The translations under genes were made by a program, and so were the position numbers. Positions 24,525-33,709 of a stretch of DNA of 64,000 nt are shown piece after piece; positions within the stretch are counted from its first letter, which is position 1, and each line of letters begins with the position of its first letter. The notes beneath the pieces are model-generated. The model saw only the letters and a program-made list of their open reading frames with translations, was not told where the DNA came from and did no database searches. Source of the stretch: Chitinophagales bacterium (lineage in GTDB: Bacteria > Bacteroidota > Bacteroidia > Chitinophagales > Chitinophagaceae); NCBI GenBank assembly GCA_017303335.1, contig JAFLBK010000003.1, forward strand, positions 364,291-428,290, written 5' to 3'.

Positions 24525-25922
24525 ATGGCTTCACCAAAACTACAGCGCAGTCTGGGCCTGTTTCAATCCACCGTTATCAATATGATCGATATGGTGGGGA
24601 TTGGCCCCTTCATTACACTTCCGATCGTGATGGGCCTGATGGGTGGCATGTATCTCTATGCCTGGATTGCCGGCGCCCTGCTCTCACTGGTTGATGCCAT
24701 GATCTGGAGTGAGTTGGGTGCAGCCTGGCCGCTGGCGGGCGGCAGTTATAATTTCCTCAAGGAAGCATACGGCAGGAATGGTATGGGAAGGATGATGAGC
24801 TTCCTGTACGTATGGCAAACGATCATACAGGCGCCGCTGGTGGCGGCATCCGCGGCGATCGGTTTTTCCCAATACCTTGGTTACCTCGTGAAACTCGGGC
24901 CTGCAGAACAAAAAATAGTTTCCGCCGCCGTGATCGTGCTTGTAACGATCCTGCTGTACAGGAAAATAGACAGCATTGGAAAAATTGCGGTGCTTTTATG
25001 GACCGGGGTGATCCTTACCATGGGCTGGATCATCGTCGGCGGTATTGCGCATGGAAATTTCCTGCAGCCGCTCAAGGATATCAACCAGGAATTCCGATGG
25101 GAACACCTGGCATCCTTTGCGTTCGGACAGGCCTGTATCAAATCGATTTACAGTTACCTGGGTTACTATAATGTTTGCCACCTGGGTGCTGAGATTAAAG
25201 ACCCCGGCAAAAATATTCCGCGGAGCATGTTCATTTCGGTGATCGGTATCGCCATCCTCTACCTGGCCATGAATACCAGTGTGGGAAGCGTGATCGCCTG
25301 GCAGGAAGTAAAGCTTTGGCAGGATACCGGCGTCAATAATTTCGTGGTGAGCACATTCATTGAACGGCTTTACGGACAGACGGCCGCCAACATCGCCACG
25401 GTTATGATCCTCTGGGTTGCGCTCGCTTCGTTGTTTGCGGTAATGCTTGGCTACTCGAGGGTTCCCTACGCGGCGGCAGCCGATGGAAGTTTCTTCCGGG
25501 TATTCGCAACCCTTCACCCCAAAAGAAATTTCCCGTACATCTCATTATTAGTTCTATCGGGCTTTGCATTTGTGTTCAGCCTCCTGTTCCGGATGAGCGA
25601 TGTGATCAGTGGAATCCTGGCCATGCGCATCGTCGTACAATTCATCGGGCAGGCGATCGGTGTTGTGCTACTGCGTCAACGGAACGGCAAAGCAGGACTT
25701 CCCTACAAAATACCACTCTACCCCCTGCCGGTACTATTAGCGATCGGCATGTGGTTCTTTATCTTTTACTCGACCGGCTCAAAAGTAATCGGATCCTTCC
25801 TGGCGGTATTCGGTTCGGGCCTGGTCGTATATTTTATCTATGCCCGGTTACAGCATCAGTGGCCCTATAAAACCAGGGGTGAAGGAGAACTGGATTCCGG
25901 GATTGAACGGATTGGTACGTAA
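24525..25922 (+). CDS. APC-family amino acid permease
   Basis: 465 aa with about 12 hydrophobic segments. N-terminal GIGPFITLP...SELGAAWPLAGGSY is typical of amino acid/polyamine/organocation transporters. Confidence 0.85.
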   Translation: MASPKLQRSLGLFQSTVINMIDMVGIGPFITLPIVMGLMGGMYLYAWIAGALLSLVDAMIWSELGAAWPLAGGSYNFLKEAYGRNGMGRMMSFLYVWQTIIQAPLVAASAAIGFSQYLGYLVKLGPAEQKIVSAAVIVLVTILLYRKIDSIGKIAVLLWTGVILTMGWIIVGGIAHGNFLQPLKDINQEFRWEHLASFAFGQACIKSIYSYLGYYNVCHLGAEIKDPGKNIPRSMFISVIGIAILYLAMNTSVGSVIAWQEVKLWQDTGVNNFVVSTFIERLYGQTAANIATVMILWVALASLFAVMLGYSRVPYAAAADGSFFRVFATLHPKRNFPYISLLVLSGFAFVFSLLFRMSDVISGILAMRIVVQFIGQAIGVVLLRQRNGKAGLPYKIPLYPLPVLLAIGMWFFIFYSTGSKVIGSFLAVFGSGLVVYFIYARLQHQWPYKTRGEGELDSGIERIGT

Positions 25923-25924
25923 CA

Positions 25925-26359
25925 TCAGAGGTTGGGCAGTATATCGATCTCTTTAACCTCTCCGTTATGGATTGCGGCCGCCATGCAATACTGGCCGTTG
26001 GTGATAACGAGGTAAGGAACCTGCAGGGTTATGTTATAGCGTAATACCTGGTCGAGCACTTTCTGATCGAGCTTCACACCCATCTCCTTACACTCGATAA
26101 TCATCCAGGGTTTTGCCTGCCTGTCGTGCACCACCACATCAAAGCGCTTTCGCAGATCATGCAGCATGATCTCCTTCTCAACGGCAATAAGGGAAGCTGG
26201 ATATTTTCTTACCTGCAACAGGTATTGCAGAAAATTCTGCCGTACCCATTCCTCGGGAGTAAGGGCCACCCAGCGTTTGCGTATTTCATCGAATATCTGC
26301 TCCTTGCCGGATTCCTGCCGGATTTTGGGCTGGTAAGGGGGATATTCGATCCTGATCAT
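25925..26359 (-). CDS. Type I restriction enzyme HsdR N-terminal-domain-like protein (stand-alone PD-(D/E)xK fold)
   Basis: 144 aa. WVRQNFLQYL..., DVVVHD...WMIIECKEMG (D...ExK-like motif). Confidence 0.65.
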   Translation of the reverse strand: MIRIEYPPYQPKIRQESGKEQIFDEIRKRWVALTPEEWVRQNFLQYLLQVRKYPASLIAVEKEIMLHDLRKRFDVVVHDRQAKPWMIIECKEMGVKLDQKVLDQVLRYNITLQVPYLVITNGQYCMAAAIHNGEVKEIDILPNL

Positions 26360-26424
26360 GCGGTAACCCGGTCGGGGTGAAAGAATTTTGTATATTTAAC
26401 GTCCCAAAGAATACAAGGCAAGAT

Positions 26425-27195
26425 ATGAAGACAAAAGAAGAAATCGTTCAGAACTGGTTACCCCGCTATACCGGTGAGAAAATTGAAAAATTCGGAGAAT
26501 ACATTTTACTTACCAACTTTTCCAACTACGTAGACCTGTTTGCCAAATGGAACAAGACCCGGGTTATTGGTCAGGGCAAAGCCATGCAATGCGCTACAGC
26601 CGGTAATATTACGATGATCAATTTTGGCATGGGGAGCCCCGGCGCCGCCACCATCATGGACCTCCTCACCGCTATTAACCCCAAGGCTGTTTTGTTCCTG
26701 GGCAAATGCGGTGGATTGAAAAAAAGAAACAAACTCGGCGACCTGATACTTCCCATCGCTGCCATCCGCGGCGAGGGTACATCGAATGACTATTTCCCGC
26801 CCGAGGTTCCGGCGCTGCCAGCGTTCGCCCTGCAGAAAGCCGTTTCCACCACGATCCGGGATTATGGCGTGGATTACTGGACGGGTACAGTTTATACAAC
26901 CAACCGGCGTGTCTGGGAGCATGATGATAAATTCAAGGAATACCTGCAGGAGATACGGGCCTATGCCATCGATATGGAAACCGCCACCATTTTTACGGTG
27001 GGTTTTTACAATAAGATACCAACCGGCGCCCTGCTGCTGGTCAGCGACCAGCCCATGGTTCCTGAAGGAGTTAAAACAGCGGCCAGCGATAAGCGCATCA
27101 CCGCCAAATTCGTAAACTCGCATATCAAGATCGGCATCGATTCACTGAAACAGCTGATGAATAATGGGCTCACAGTCCGCCACCTGAAGTTTTAA
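26425..27195 (+). CDS. AMP nucleosidase-like nucleoside phosphorylase (catalytic domain only)
   Basis: ORF 26377 (GTG)..27195 trimmed to ATG 26425 (MKTKEEIVQNWLPRYTG). INFGMGSPGAATIMDLL, FLGKCGGL, IDMETATIF are typical of the PNP_UDP_1 fold / short AMP nucleosidase. Confidence 0.7.
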   Translation: MKTKEEIVQNWLPRYTGEKIEKFGEYILLTNFSNYVDLFAKWNKTRVIGQGKAMQCATAGNITMINFGMGSPGAATIMDLLTAINPKAVLFLGKCGGLKKRNKLGDLILPIAAIRGEGTSNDYFPPEVPALPAFALQKAVSTTIRDYGVDYWTGTVYTTNRRVWEHDDKFKEYLQEIRAYAIDMETATIFTVGFYNKIPTGALLLVSDQPMVPEGVKTAASDKRITAKFVNSHIKIGIDSLKQLMNNGLTVRHLKF

Positions 27196-27254
27196 CGCTA
27201 CCCTCGCAACCACGGAACCGGTACTGATTTTTCATCCAAGTATTCATTACGGAA

Positions 27255-28979
27255 TTGCCATTATTACTTTCGATACGAAACCTGGGTATCTCTTTCGGCA
27301 AAGGGAAAGAACAAACCATTGCTGTGCGTAATCTTTCCCTGGAACTGAAAAAAGGAGAATTGCTTGCCATCGTTGGCGAAAGCGGTTCGGGCAAGTCGGT
27401 TTCCGCGTTGTCCTTACTCCGGCTGCTTCCCAAACAAAGTACGGTTACCGGGCATGCTTTTTTACATCGCTGGGAAGAACAGCCACTCGATCTCATTGAG
27501 TTACCCCAAGCCGACATGAACGAGATCCGGGGCAGCAATATCGCCATGATCTTCCAGGAACCGATGACATCGCTGAACCCCGTGTTTACCTGCGGCTACC
27601 AGGTCATGGAATCGATCCGGTTGCACCAGAAAGTAAACAAGAAGATCGCCCGGCAGAAAGCCATTGCACTATTCGAACAGGTACAATTGCCCGATCCGGC
27701 CGGCATGATCAAACGATACCCGCATGAGTTGAGCGGCGGGCAGAAACAACGGGTGATGATCGCCATGGCCATGAGCAGCAACCCCGCCCTGCTGATCGCC
27801 GATGAACCAACGACGGCCCTGGACGTAACCGTACAAAAAAACATCCTCGAACTGATCCGGCAACTGCAACGGCAAAACAACATGGGGGTGATCTTCATCA
27901 CGCACGACCTGGGTATTGTAGCCGAAATCGCCGATAAGATCGCTGTGATGCACAAGGGCGAGATCGTTGAACAGGGGGTTGCCAAAGAAGTACTTGCTGC
28001 ACCCCGGCATCCTTATACCAGGGCCTTACTCGCCTGCCGCCCCGCCTCCAATCCAAAGGGAAAGCGATTGCCTGTGGTAAGCGATTTCCTGGGGGTGAAT
28101 GAGTCCTTGGTCAATGTACAGCCGGCATCAAACGAGCCACGAAGCGAAAAAGAGAAAACCGAAACCCCTGACCCCATCCTCCAGGTACAAAACCTCTCGG
28201 TACAATTCCCCACCCGGAAAAACCTGTTTGGCAAAGCGGTGGAATTCTTCAACGCGGTAGACAATGTGAGTTTTGATGTTATGCCCGGCGATATTGTAGG
28301 ACTGGTTGGTGAAAGCGGTTGCGGAAAGACCACGCTTGGAAGAACCATCCTGCAACTGGTAAAACCCACTTCCGGGAATATTATCCTTCATGGAGAAGAC
28401 ATCAGTAAGATCAAAACACCCTCCCTGCGCAGCCTCCGAAAGGACTTCCAGATCGTTTTCCAGGACCCCTATGGTTCGTTGAATCCAAGGCTCACAATCG
28501 GTGAAGCCATCCTGGAACCATTGAAAGTTCATGGTATGGGAAGTACCGGCAGCAACCGGAAGGAAAAAGTGATCGAACTGCTGGAAAAAGTAAATCTGAA
28601 GGCTGAGCATTACAACCGCTACCCGCACCAGTTCAGCGGTGGCCAGCGGCAGCGAATCTGCATAGCACGTGCCCTGGTACTGGAACCCCAGTTCCTTGTA
28701 TTCGATGAAAGTGTTTCGGCGCTGGATGTGAGCGTACAGGCCCAGGTACTCAACCTCCTCACCGATCTGAAAGCAGCATTCGGTTTTACCGCCATATTCA
28801 TCTCCCACGACCTGGCCGTAGTACACTATATCAGTAACCGCATCCTGGTCATGCAGCAGGGGAAAATCGTGGAGCAGGGCAGCGCCGACCAGGTGTACCA
28901 GCAGCCAGCTCATGAATACACACGCAAATTGCTAGACGCCATACCCGGTAAATCCCTCCGGCTACCTAGCTCCAGTTGA
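27255..28979 (+). CDS. ABC transporter ATP-binding protein with two fused NBDs (Dpp/Opp/YejF-like)
   Basis: Two Walker A motifs (GESGSGKS, GESGCGKT) and two signatures (LSGGQKQR, FSGGQRQR). TTG start as in the ORF track. No permease or binding-protein gene adjacent. Confidence 0.85.
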   Translation: MPLLLSIRNLGISFGKGKEQTIAVRNLSLELKKGELLAIVGESGSGKSVSALSLLRLLPKQSTVTGHAFLHRWEEQPLDLIELPQADMNEIRGSNIAMIFQEPMTSLNPVFTCGYQVMESIRLHQKVNKKIARQKAIALFEQVQLPDPAGMIKRYPHELSGGQKQRVMIAMAMSSNPALLIADEPTTALDVTVQKNILELIRQLQRQNNMGVIFITHDLGIVAEIADKIAVMHKGEIVEQGVAKEVLAAPRHPYTRALLACRPASNPKGKRLPVVSDFLGVNESLVNVQPASNEPRSEKEKTETPDPILQVQNLSVQFPTRKNLFGKAVEFFNAVDNVSFDVMPGDIVGLVGESGCGKTTLGRTILQLVKPTSGNIILHGEDISKIKTPSLRSLRKDFQIVFQDPYGSLNPRLTIGEAILEPLKVHGMGSTGSNRKEKVIELLEKVNLKAEHYNRYPHQFSGGQRQRICIARALVLEPQFLVFDESVSALDVSVQAQVLNLLTDLKAAFGFTAIFISHDLAVVHYISNRILVMQQGKIVEQGSADQVYQQPAHEYTRKLLDAIPGKSLRLPSSS

Positions 28980-29057
28980 TTTCCGTACAAATTGTGCACA
29001 AACCCCCTTTTTTAGGGTCAAAGGCTTTTTCTGCTTTATTTTTCAGCTACAATGCCT

Positions 29058-29065
29058 TACTTTTG
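29058..29065 (+). promoter_or_regulatory. -7 box (TACTTTTG) upstream of queA
   Basis: Exact TAnnTTTG, 100 nt before ATG 29165. Confidence 0.45.
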
Positions 29066-29164
29066 CACACTTCAAATCATGCCGTAACATGATAAGCGCC
29101 TCCGGAAAGGCTATCACCCGTACCGAGTGTACACGGCATGTAACCTTAATATAAAAACCGTTAC

Positions 29165-30214
29165 ATGAAATTATCACAGTTCCGCTTCGACCTCCCGCTT
29201 AACCTGATCGCCCAGCAACCAACCAAAAAAAGAGAAGACAGCCGGATGATGGTCATCCACCGTAAGACCGGCCAGATCGAGAACCGTCATTTCAAAGACA
29301 TCATTGATTATTTTAATGACAAGGACGTGTTTGTTGTGAACAACACCAAGGTATTTCCCGCCCGGATGTACGGCCGCAAGGAAAAAACCGGCGCCAAGAT
29401 CGAGGTATTCCTGCTTCGCGAACTGAATAAGGCCAACCGCCTCTGGGATGTGATCGTCGATCCTGCCCGCAAGATCCGCGTAGGCAATAAACTCTATTTC
29501 GGCGAAAGCGACGAACTGGTAGCCGAGGTTATCGACAACACCACCAGCCGCGGACGTACGATCCGTTTCCTCTGGGATGGTACCGACGAGGAATTTCGCA
29601 TGATGCTGGAAACACTGGGCGAGACACCGCTGCCCAAATACATCAAGCGCAAGCCCGAAGCCGAAGACAAAGAACGCTACCAGACGGTTTATGCCAAGCA
29701 TGAAGGCGCCGTAGCGGCTCCGACCGCGGGGCTCCATTTCAGTGAAGAGCTGATCAAACGTCTGGAGATCAAAGGCATTCGTTTTGCCGAAACCACCCTC
29801 CATACCGGGCTGGGTACTTTCCGGCCGATCGAAGTGGAAGACCTGAGCAAACACAAAATGGACGCTGAATATTACCGGATCGAAGAAGCTGCCTGCCGGA
29901 TCGTGAACAAGGCCAAAGAGGGAGGTCACCGCATCTGCTCCATCGGCACCACCACGATGCGGTCGATGGAATCGTCTTTTACGGCTCAGAAATTACTGAA
30001 ACCCTCTGAGGGCTGGACCAATCACTTCATCCACCCGCCTTATAATTTCAATATCGCCGACTCACTGGTTACCAACTTCCACCTGCCGAAAACCAGCCTG
30101 CTTATCATGGCATGCGCTTTTGCCGGGTACGACCTGATGATGGAAGCCTATAAAAAAGCGATCAAAGACAAGTACCGCTTCTTCAGCTATGGAGACGCGA
30201 TGCTCATTATCTAA
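29165..30214 (+). CDS. queA: S-adenosylmethionine:tRNA ribosyltransferase-isomerase
   Basis: [19 protein letters not shown]...[12 protein letters not shown]...[10 protein letters not shown]...[10 protein letters not shown], 349 aa. Confidence 0.93.
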   Translation: MKLSQFRFDLPLNLIAQQPTKKREDSRMMVIHRKTGQIENRHFKDIIDYFNDKDVFVVNNTKVFPARMYGRKEKTGAKIEVFLLRELNKANRLWDVIVDPARKIRVGNKLYFGESDELVAEVIDNTTSRGRTIRFLWDGTDEEFRMMLETLGETPLPKYIKRKPEAEDKERYQTVYAKHEGAVAAPTAGLHFSEELIKRLEIKGIRFAETTLHTGLGTFRPIEVEDLSKHKMDAEYYRIEEAACRIVNKAKEGGHRICSIGTTTMRSMESSFTAQKLLKPSEGWTNHFIHPPYNFNIADSLVTNFHLPKTSLLIMACAFAGYDLMMEAYKKAIKDKYRFFSYGDAMLII

Positions 30215-30241
30215 AACAGCCAATTTCATACTATTATATCA

Positions 30242-30268
30242 GCCCCCGCCACCGGGGGCTTTTCTTTT
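30242..30268 (+). terminator. Intrinsic terminator after queA
   Basis: gcccccg-ccac-cgggggc followed by ttttctttt. Confidence 0.8.
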
Positions 30269-30437
30269 ATATACCCGCAAAAAAGGGGAGCGCAACGGAT
30301 ACAGGTCGACGATAATTGTGTGGGAGTGGTAAAAAGATCCCACTGTAACCTGTTTTGCGAAAGAATCTTACAACACATTACACAGTTCCTTACTTCATAT
30401 TACAGGCATCGCTACAAGGGAGTTGCGGACAACGCTA

Positions 30438-30445
30438 TACTTTTG
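30438..30445 (+). promoter_or_regulatory. -7 box (TACTTTTG) upstream of the lipoprotein gene
   Basis: Exact TAnnTTTG, 46 nt before ATG 30491. Confidence 0.4.
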
Positions 30446-30490
30446 AGCCATATTATAAATAAATCTTTTACCTGTTAAAAACCCACCACA

Positions 30491-31003
30491 ATGAAAAAGA
30501 ACTGCTTTTTAGTTGCAGCGACCATGTTGCTTGCAACAGTTTTTGTATCCTGTAAGAAAGAAAGTCCGGCTGCATTGCCGGAAGAAAACAGCATCGCCCC
30601 GGTTGCTGCGCTGGCCGAATCCAATGCAAACGAATTAAAACCGTCGACCGGGAAACCAGCCGCTCCGTTCCCACTGGAAACATTTTCCTGGAAGATCGGT
30701 TATATTAATATTGATGGTAACGACCTGACCCCTTCATACTGCGAGTATGGCTTTGTATTCAATACCAACAACGCAGCTATCGCAACCAAAGAATCAGAAA
30801 CTGTACCGGGAACCTGGACATTGAGCAATGGCAACAGCTTTATATCCATGCTTTTTGATCCCATCAATAAAGAAAACCTGATTGACCTGAATGCCAACTG
30901 GAGGGTTGTACGGATCACCGCCAATAGTGTATACCTGAAAACCGAAGGGCAACTCTTCGAAAACGAAGTGCGGTTTGACAAAGATCCGAATGGTGTGAAA
31001 TAG
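30491..31003 (+). CDS. Hypothetical lipoprotein
   Basis: Lipobox-like signal (LLATVFVSCKKE), 170 aa, no catalytic motif recognised. Confidence 0.6.
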   Translation: MKKNCFLVAATMLLATVFVSCKKESPAALPEENSIAPVAALAESNANELKPSTGKPAAPFPLETFSWKIGYINIDGNDLTPSYCEYGFVFNTNNAAIATKESETVPGTWTLSNGNSFISMLFDPINKENLIDLNANWRVVRITANSVYLKTEGQLFENEVRFDKDPNGVK

Positions 31004-31037
31004 TACTTAAGCAACCTGTAAAGGACCCATATTCAAA

Positions 31038-31066
31038 GATCGTCGCTGAATAGCCGGCGATCTTTT
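31038..31066 (+). terminator. Intrinsic terminator after the lipoprotein gene
   Basis: gatcgtcg ... cggcgatc (8 bp, one G-U pair) followed by tttt. Confidence 0.75.
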
Positions 31067-31099
31067 ATTTTGAACACCTGCTATGGATGAAAGCAGAAA

Positions 31100-31125
31100 G
31101 GCCGGATAGACATCCGGCCCGTTTT
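31100..31125 (+). terminator. Orphan terminator-like hairpin, repeat copy 1
   Basis: ggccggat-agac-atccggcc (perfect 8 bp) followed by cgtttt. No ORF upstream of it. Confidence 0.6.
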
Positions 31126-31191
31126 AATTCAATACCTAAAAAGTTATTTATTTACGATACTGGTACGGCGCCGGATTTATTAAAAAGAAAT

Positions 31192-31219
31192 GGGGCCGAA
31201 TAGAAATCCGGCCCCGTTT
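31192..31219 (+). terminator. Orphan terminator-like hairpin, repeat copy 2
   Basis: ggggccgaat-agaa-atccggcccc (9 of 10 pairs) followed by gttt. With its 3' flank (aatccaatatcct) it is about 85 percent identical to copy 1 (aattcaatacct). Confidence 0.55.
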
Positions 31220-31327
31220 AATCCAATATCCTATGAAAAACCAACCATAAGACGCTGAAACAGTTTGCTTTGTTGCAAACGAATTGTTAACAGTTTTAGT
31301 TAACTTTAAGACGCAAAATTGCTTTAT

Positions 31328-31792
31328 ATGAAAACCATACAGCAGTGGCTGAGCGAATACGGCGAAAGCCACCAGGACCATACGAACAAAACCATACATT
31401 GGATCTGCGTTCCGTCGATCTTTTTTTCCATTACAGGACTATTGTACAGTATCAAACTTCCTTTTGCTGTTTCGGGTACCAGCATCAATGTGGCGATGAT
31501 TGTTTTAGTGCTGGCTGTTTTGTATTACCTGTCGCTTTCACGCACTTTATGGATCGGCATGCTGTTGTTTGCTGTATGCTGCCTTTGGCTTTGCGGTTTG
31601 ATAGAACGCTCAGGTGTTGCACCACTCTGGCTGATTTGCGTAATCGTGTTTGTAGTAGCCTGGATCGGGCAGTTCTATGGACATAAAGTAGAAGGTAAAA
31701 AGCCCTCTTTTTTTAAAGACATCCAGTTTCTGATGATCGGCCCGGCCTGGCTGATGAGTTTTATTTATAAAAAACTAGGTATCGGAATTTAA
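31328..31792 (+). CDS. DUF962 / Mpo1-like membrane protein
   Basis: ORF 31319..31792 with ATG at 31328. MKTIQQWLSEYGESHQDHTNKTIHWICVP... and the C-terminal GHKVEGKKPSFFKD motif are typical of DUF962. Confidence 0.75.
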   Translation: MKTIQQWLSEYGESHQDHTNKTIHWICVPSIFFSITGLLYSIKLPFAVSGTSINVAMIVLVLAVLYYLSLSRTLWIGMLLFAVCCLWLCGLIERSGVAPLWLICVIVFVVAWIGQFYGHKVEGKKPSFFKDIQFLMIGPAWLMSFIYKKLGIGI

Positions 31793-31834
31793 TACAGGCT
31801 GCCGATTCGTATTATTTTTGGGTCGCTCATCACC

Positions 31835-32653
31835 ATGCTTTTCAAACTGCACATACCAGGTTTCCCGCTGAACCAGTTCATCGAAAGTTTTGTTTATTAC
31901 CGGGATTACAACCCGGTACATTCCGTGGACCGTTTTCTACCGGATGGCAACGTGAACATCGTTTTCGATCTCACCGACTACCCAAAATTCATTTATGACA
32001 ATGAAACGCTAAAAGAAATCCAAACCTGCCGGAACGTCTGGTTCTCGGGAATACGCAACCGGTTCATCACAATCCCATCAGGAAAAGACAGTGAGATGTT
32101 TGTCATCAATTTTCACAAAGGCATGTCGTACCCCTTTGTAAAAGTACCCCTGTACGAACTCACCGACAGTGTGGTAGACGGCGACCTGGTACTGAGTACC
32201 GAGATCATGGACATGCGCTCCATGTTGCTGGAAGCGCCTACTCCTGCAGGGAAATTCACAGTCGCGGAAAAATACCTTCTTCGCAGGTTCAGTCATTCAC
32301 TGATCGTTAACCCTTTTATTAAATTTGCGGTTAATGCTATCATCGCCTTACCCGAACAGCATTCCATCCGGCAGATCAGTTCTAAAGTCGGATACTCCCA
32401 AAAACACCTGATCAAACTCTTTAAGGACCATGTCGGGATAACCCCAAAAGGATTTCTTAAAATCATCCGTTTTCAAAAGGCCGTCCAGGAAATTGAAGCG
32501 TCTAAGAATATTCATTGGGCCAGGCTTGCACTGGAAAGTGGTTACTACGACCAGGCCCATTTTATTCACGACTTCAAAGAATTCTCCGGATTCACACCAC
32601 AGGAATATACACAAAAGCAATACGATTACCTGAATTACATCGCTGTGGGCTGA
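31835..32653 (+). CDS. AraC-family transcriptional regulator
   Basis: C-terminal HTH: IRQISSKVGYSQKHLIKLFKDHVGITPKGFLKIIRFQKAV...LALESGYYDQAHFIHDFKEFSGFTPQEY. Confidence 0.85.
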   Translation: MLFKLHIPGFPLNQFIESFVYYRDYNPVHSVDRFLPDGNVNIVFDLTDYPKFIYDNETLKEIQTCRNVWFSGIRNRFITIPSGKDSEMFVINFHKGMSYPFVKVPLYELTDSVVDGDLVLSTEIMDMRSMLLEAPTPAGKFTVAEKYLLRRFSHSLIVNPFIKFAVNAIIALPEQHSIRQISSKVGYSQKHLIKLFKDHVGITPKGFLKIIRFQKAVQEIEASKNIHWARLALESGYYDQAHFIHDFKEFSGFTPQEYTQKQYDYLNYIAVG

Positions 32654-32708
32654 GGTAAATTTTTTACAATCAGTTCCCAAACTGCTATGCTTCCTTTGTA
32701 CGAAAAAC

Positions 32709-33113
32709 ATGGAAACAACTATCAACCATTTCGCGGTGATCGCCTGCAGCGTTACAAACCTGGCCCTGGGCGCCTTATGGTATTCGCCGCTCCTTTTTTA
32801 CAAAACCTGGAAAAATGAAAACAACTTTTCCGACGAACAAGTGAAGAATATAAATCCGGCGAAAGTGTACGGGATCAGTTTCATCCTGTCGCTCCTGATC
32901 AGCTACAACATGGCCTTTTTCTTAGGGGATGAAAAAACGGATATGACTTGGGGAGCTACGGCCGGGTTTCTTACCGGGTTCGGTTTCAGTGCCCTTATCT
33001 TCACCATCGTGGCTCTTTTTGAACAACGTTCCTGGAAATACATTTTTATCAATGGAGGATACATCACCCTTTACTTCACCCTCATAGGCCTCATCCTTGG
33101 AGCCTGGAGATAA
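32709..33113 (+). CDS. DUF1761-like membrane protein
   Basis: 134 aa with 4 hydrophobic segments. The N-terminal LGALWYSPLLF pattern is typical of DUF1761. Confidence 0.65.
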   Translation: METTINHFAVIACSVTNLALGALWYSPLLFYKTWKNENNFSDEQVKNINPAKVYGISFILSLLISYNMAFFLGDEKTDMTWGATAGFLTGFGFSALIFTIVALFEQRSWKYIFINGGYITLYFTLIGLILGAWR

Positions 33114-33124
33114 AACAACCAGTT

Positions 33125-33700
33125 ATGGCCAAAACATCCGGCGAATTCGAGCAGGAATTCATTCAGACTGCCAAAGAAAAGACAGGTTATTCATTGGGAG
33201 AATGGTTACCGGTCGTACAGGCATCCGGACTTACCAAACAAAAGGACATAACCGACTGGTTAAAGGCTGAGCATTCCCTTAATCACCTGCAGGCGCAATT
33301 GCTGGCGGGACTATTCCTGAACAACGGCAAACCTGTTTACCAGGATGAAGGGGGGTTGCTCAATAACCAGTTTGTGAAATGCGAATCGATACGTCCCTTA
33401 TTCGATCAGCTATCGGAAATAATCCTGCAAAATTTTCCCGATGCGCAACGAATACCCAAAAAGACCTATGTCTCTTTTACCGCCATCCGCGAATTTGCTG
33501 CGATCAATATCAAGCCTAAAGAGATCAGGCTGGGGTTTGACCTCGGCGATACGGACTTCACAGGAATCCTGCAAAAGTCCAAACTCAGCGGCCCGATGCC
33601 CAGGATATCTCATATGGTTACACTCACTGCAGAACAGCAATTCACTAAAGAATTAATTGGTTATCTTCAGACTTCATACAATCGTTCACACAAAAAATAA
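33125..33700 (+). CDS. DUF4287 + DUF5655-like protein
   Basis: N-terminal KEKTGYSLGEWLPVV...WLKAEHSLNHLQAQLL (DUF4287-like). C-terminal KKTYVSFTAIREFAAINIKPKEIRLGFDL (DUF5655-like). Confidence 0.6.
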   Translation: MAKTSGEFEQEFIQTAKEKTGYSLGEWLPVVQASGLTKQKDITDWLKAEHSLNHLQAQLLAGLFLNNGKPVYQDEGGLLNNQFVKCESIRPLFDQLSEIILQNFPDAQRIPKKTYVSFTAIREFAAINIKPKEIRLGFDLGDTDFTGILQKSKLSGPMPRISHMVTLTAEQQFTKELIGYLQTSYNRSHKK

Positions 33701-33709
33701 CAGGTTGGC

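Noticed and set aside
29066-29164. Calling the queA leader a preQ1 riboswitch
   Set aside because: I could not match the sequence to the compact preQ1-I hairpin plus A-rich tail or to the preQ1-II/III cores. It is kept only as an unclassified structured leader.
31148-31399. 83-aa minus-strand ORF
   Set aside because: It overlaps the start of the DUF962 gene and runs through the terminator-like repeats, with no supporting features.
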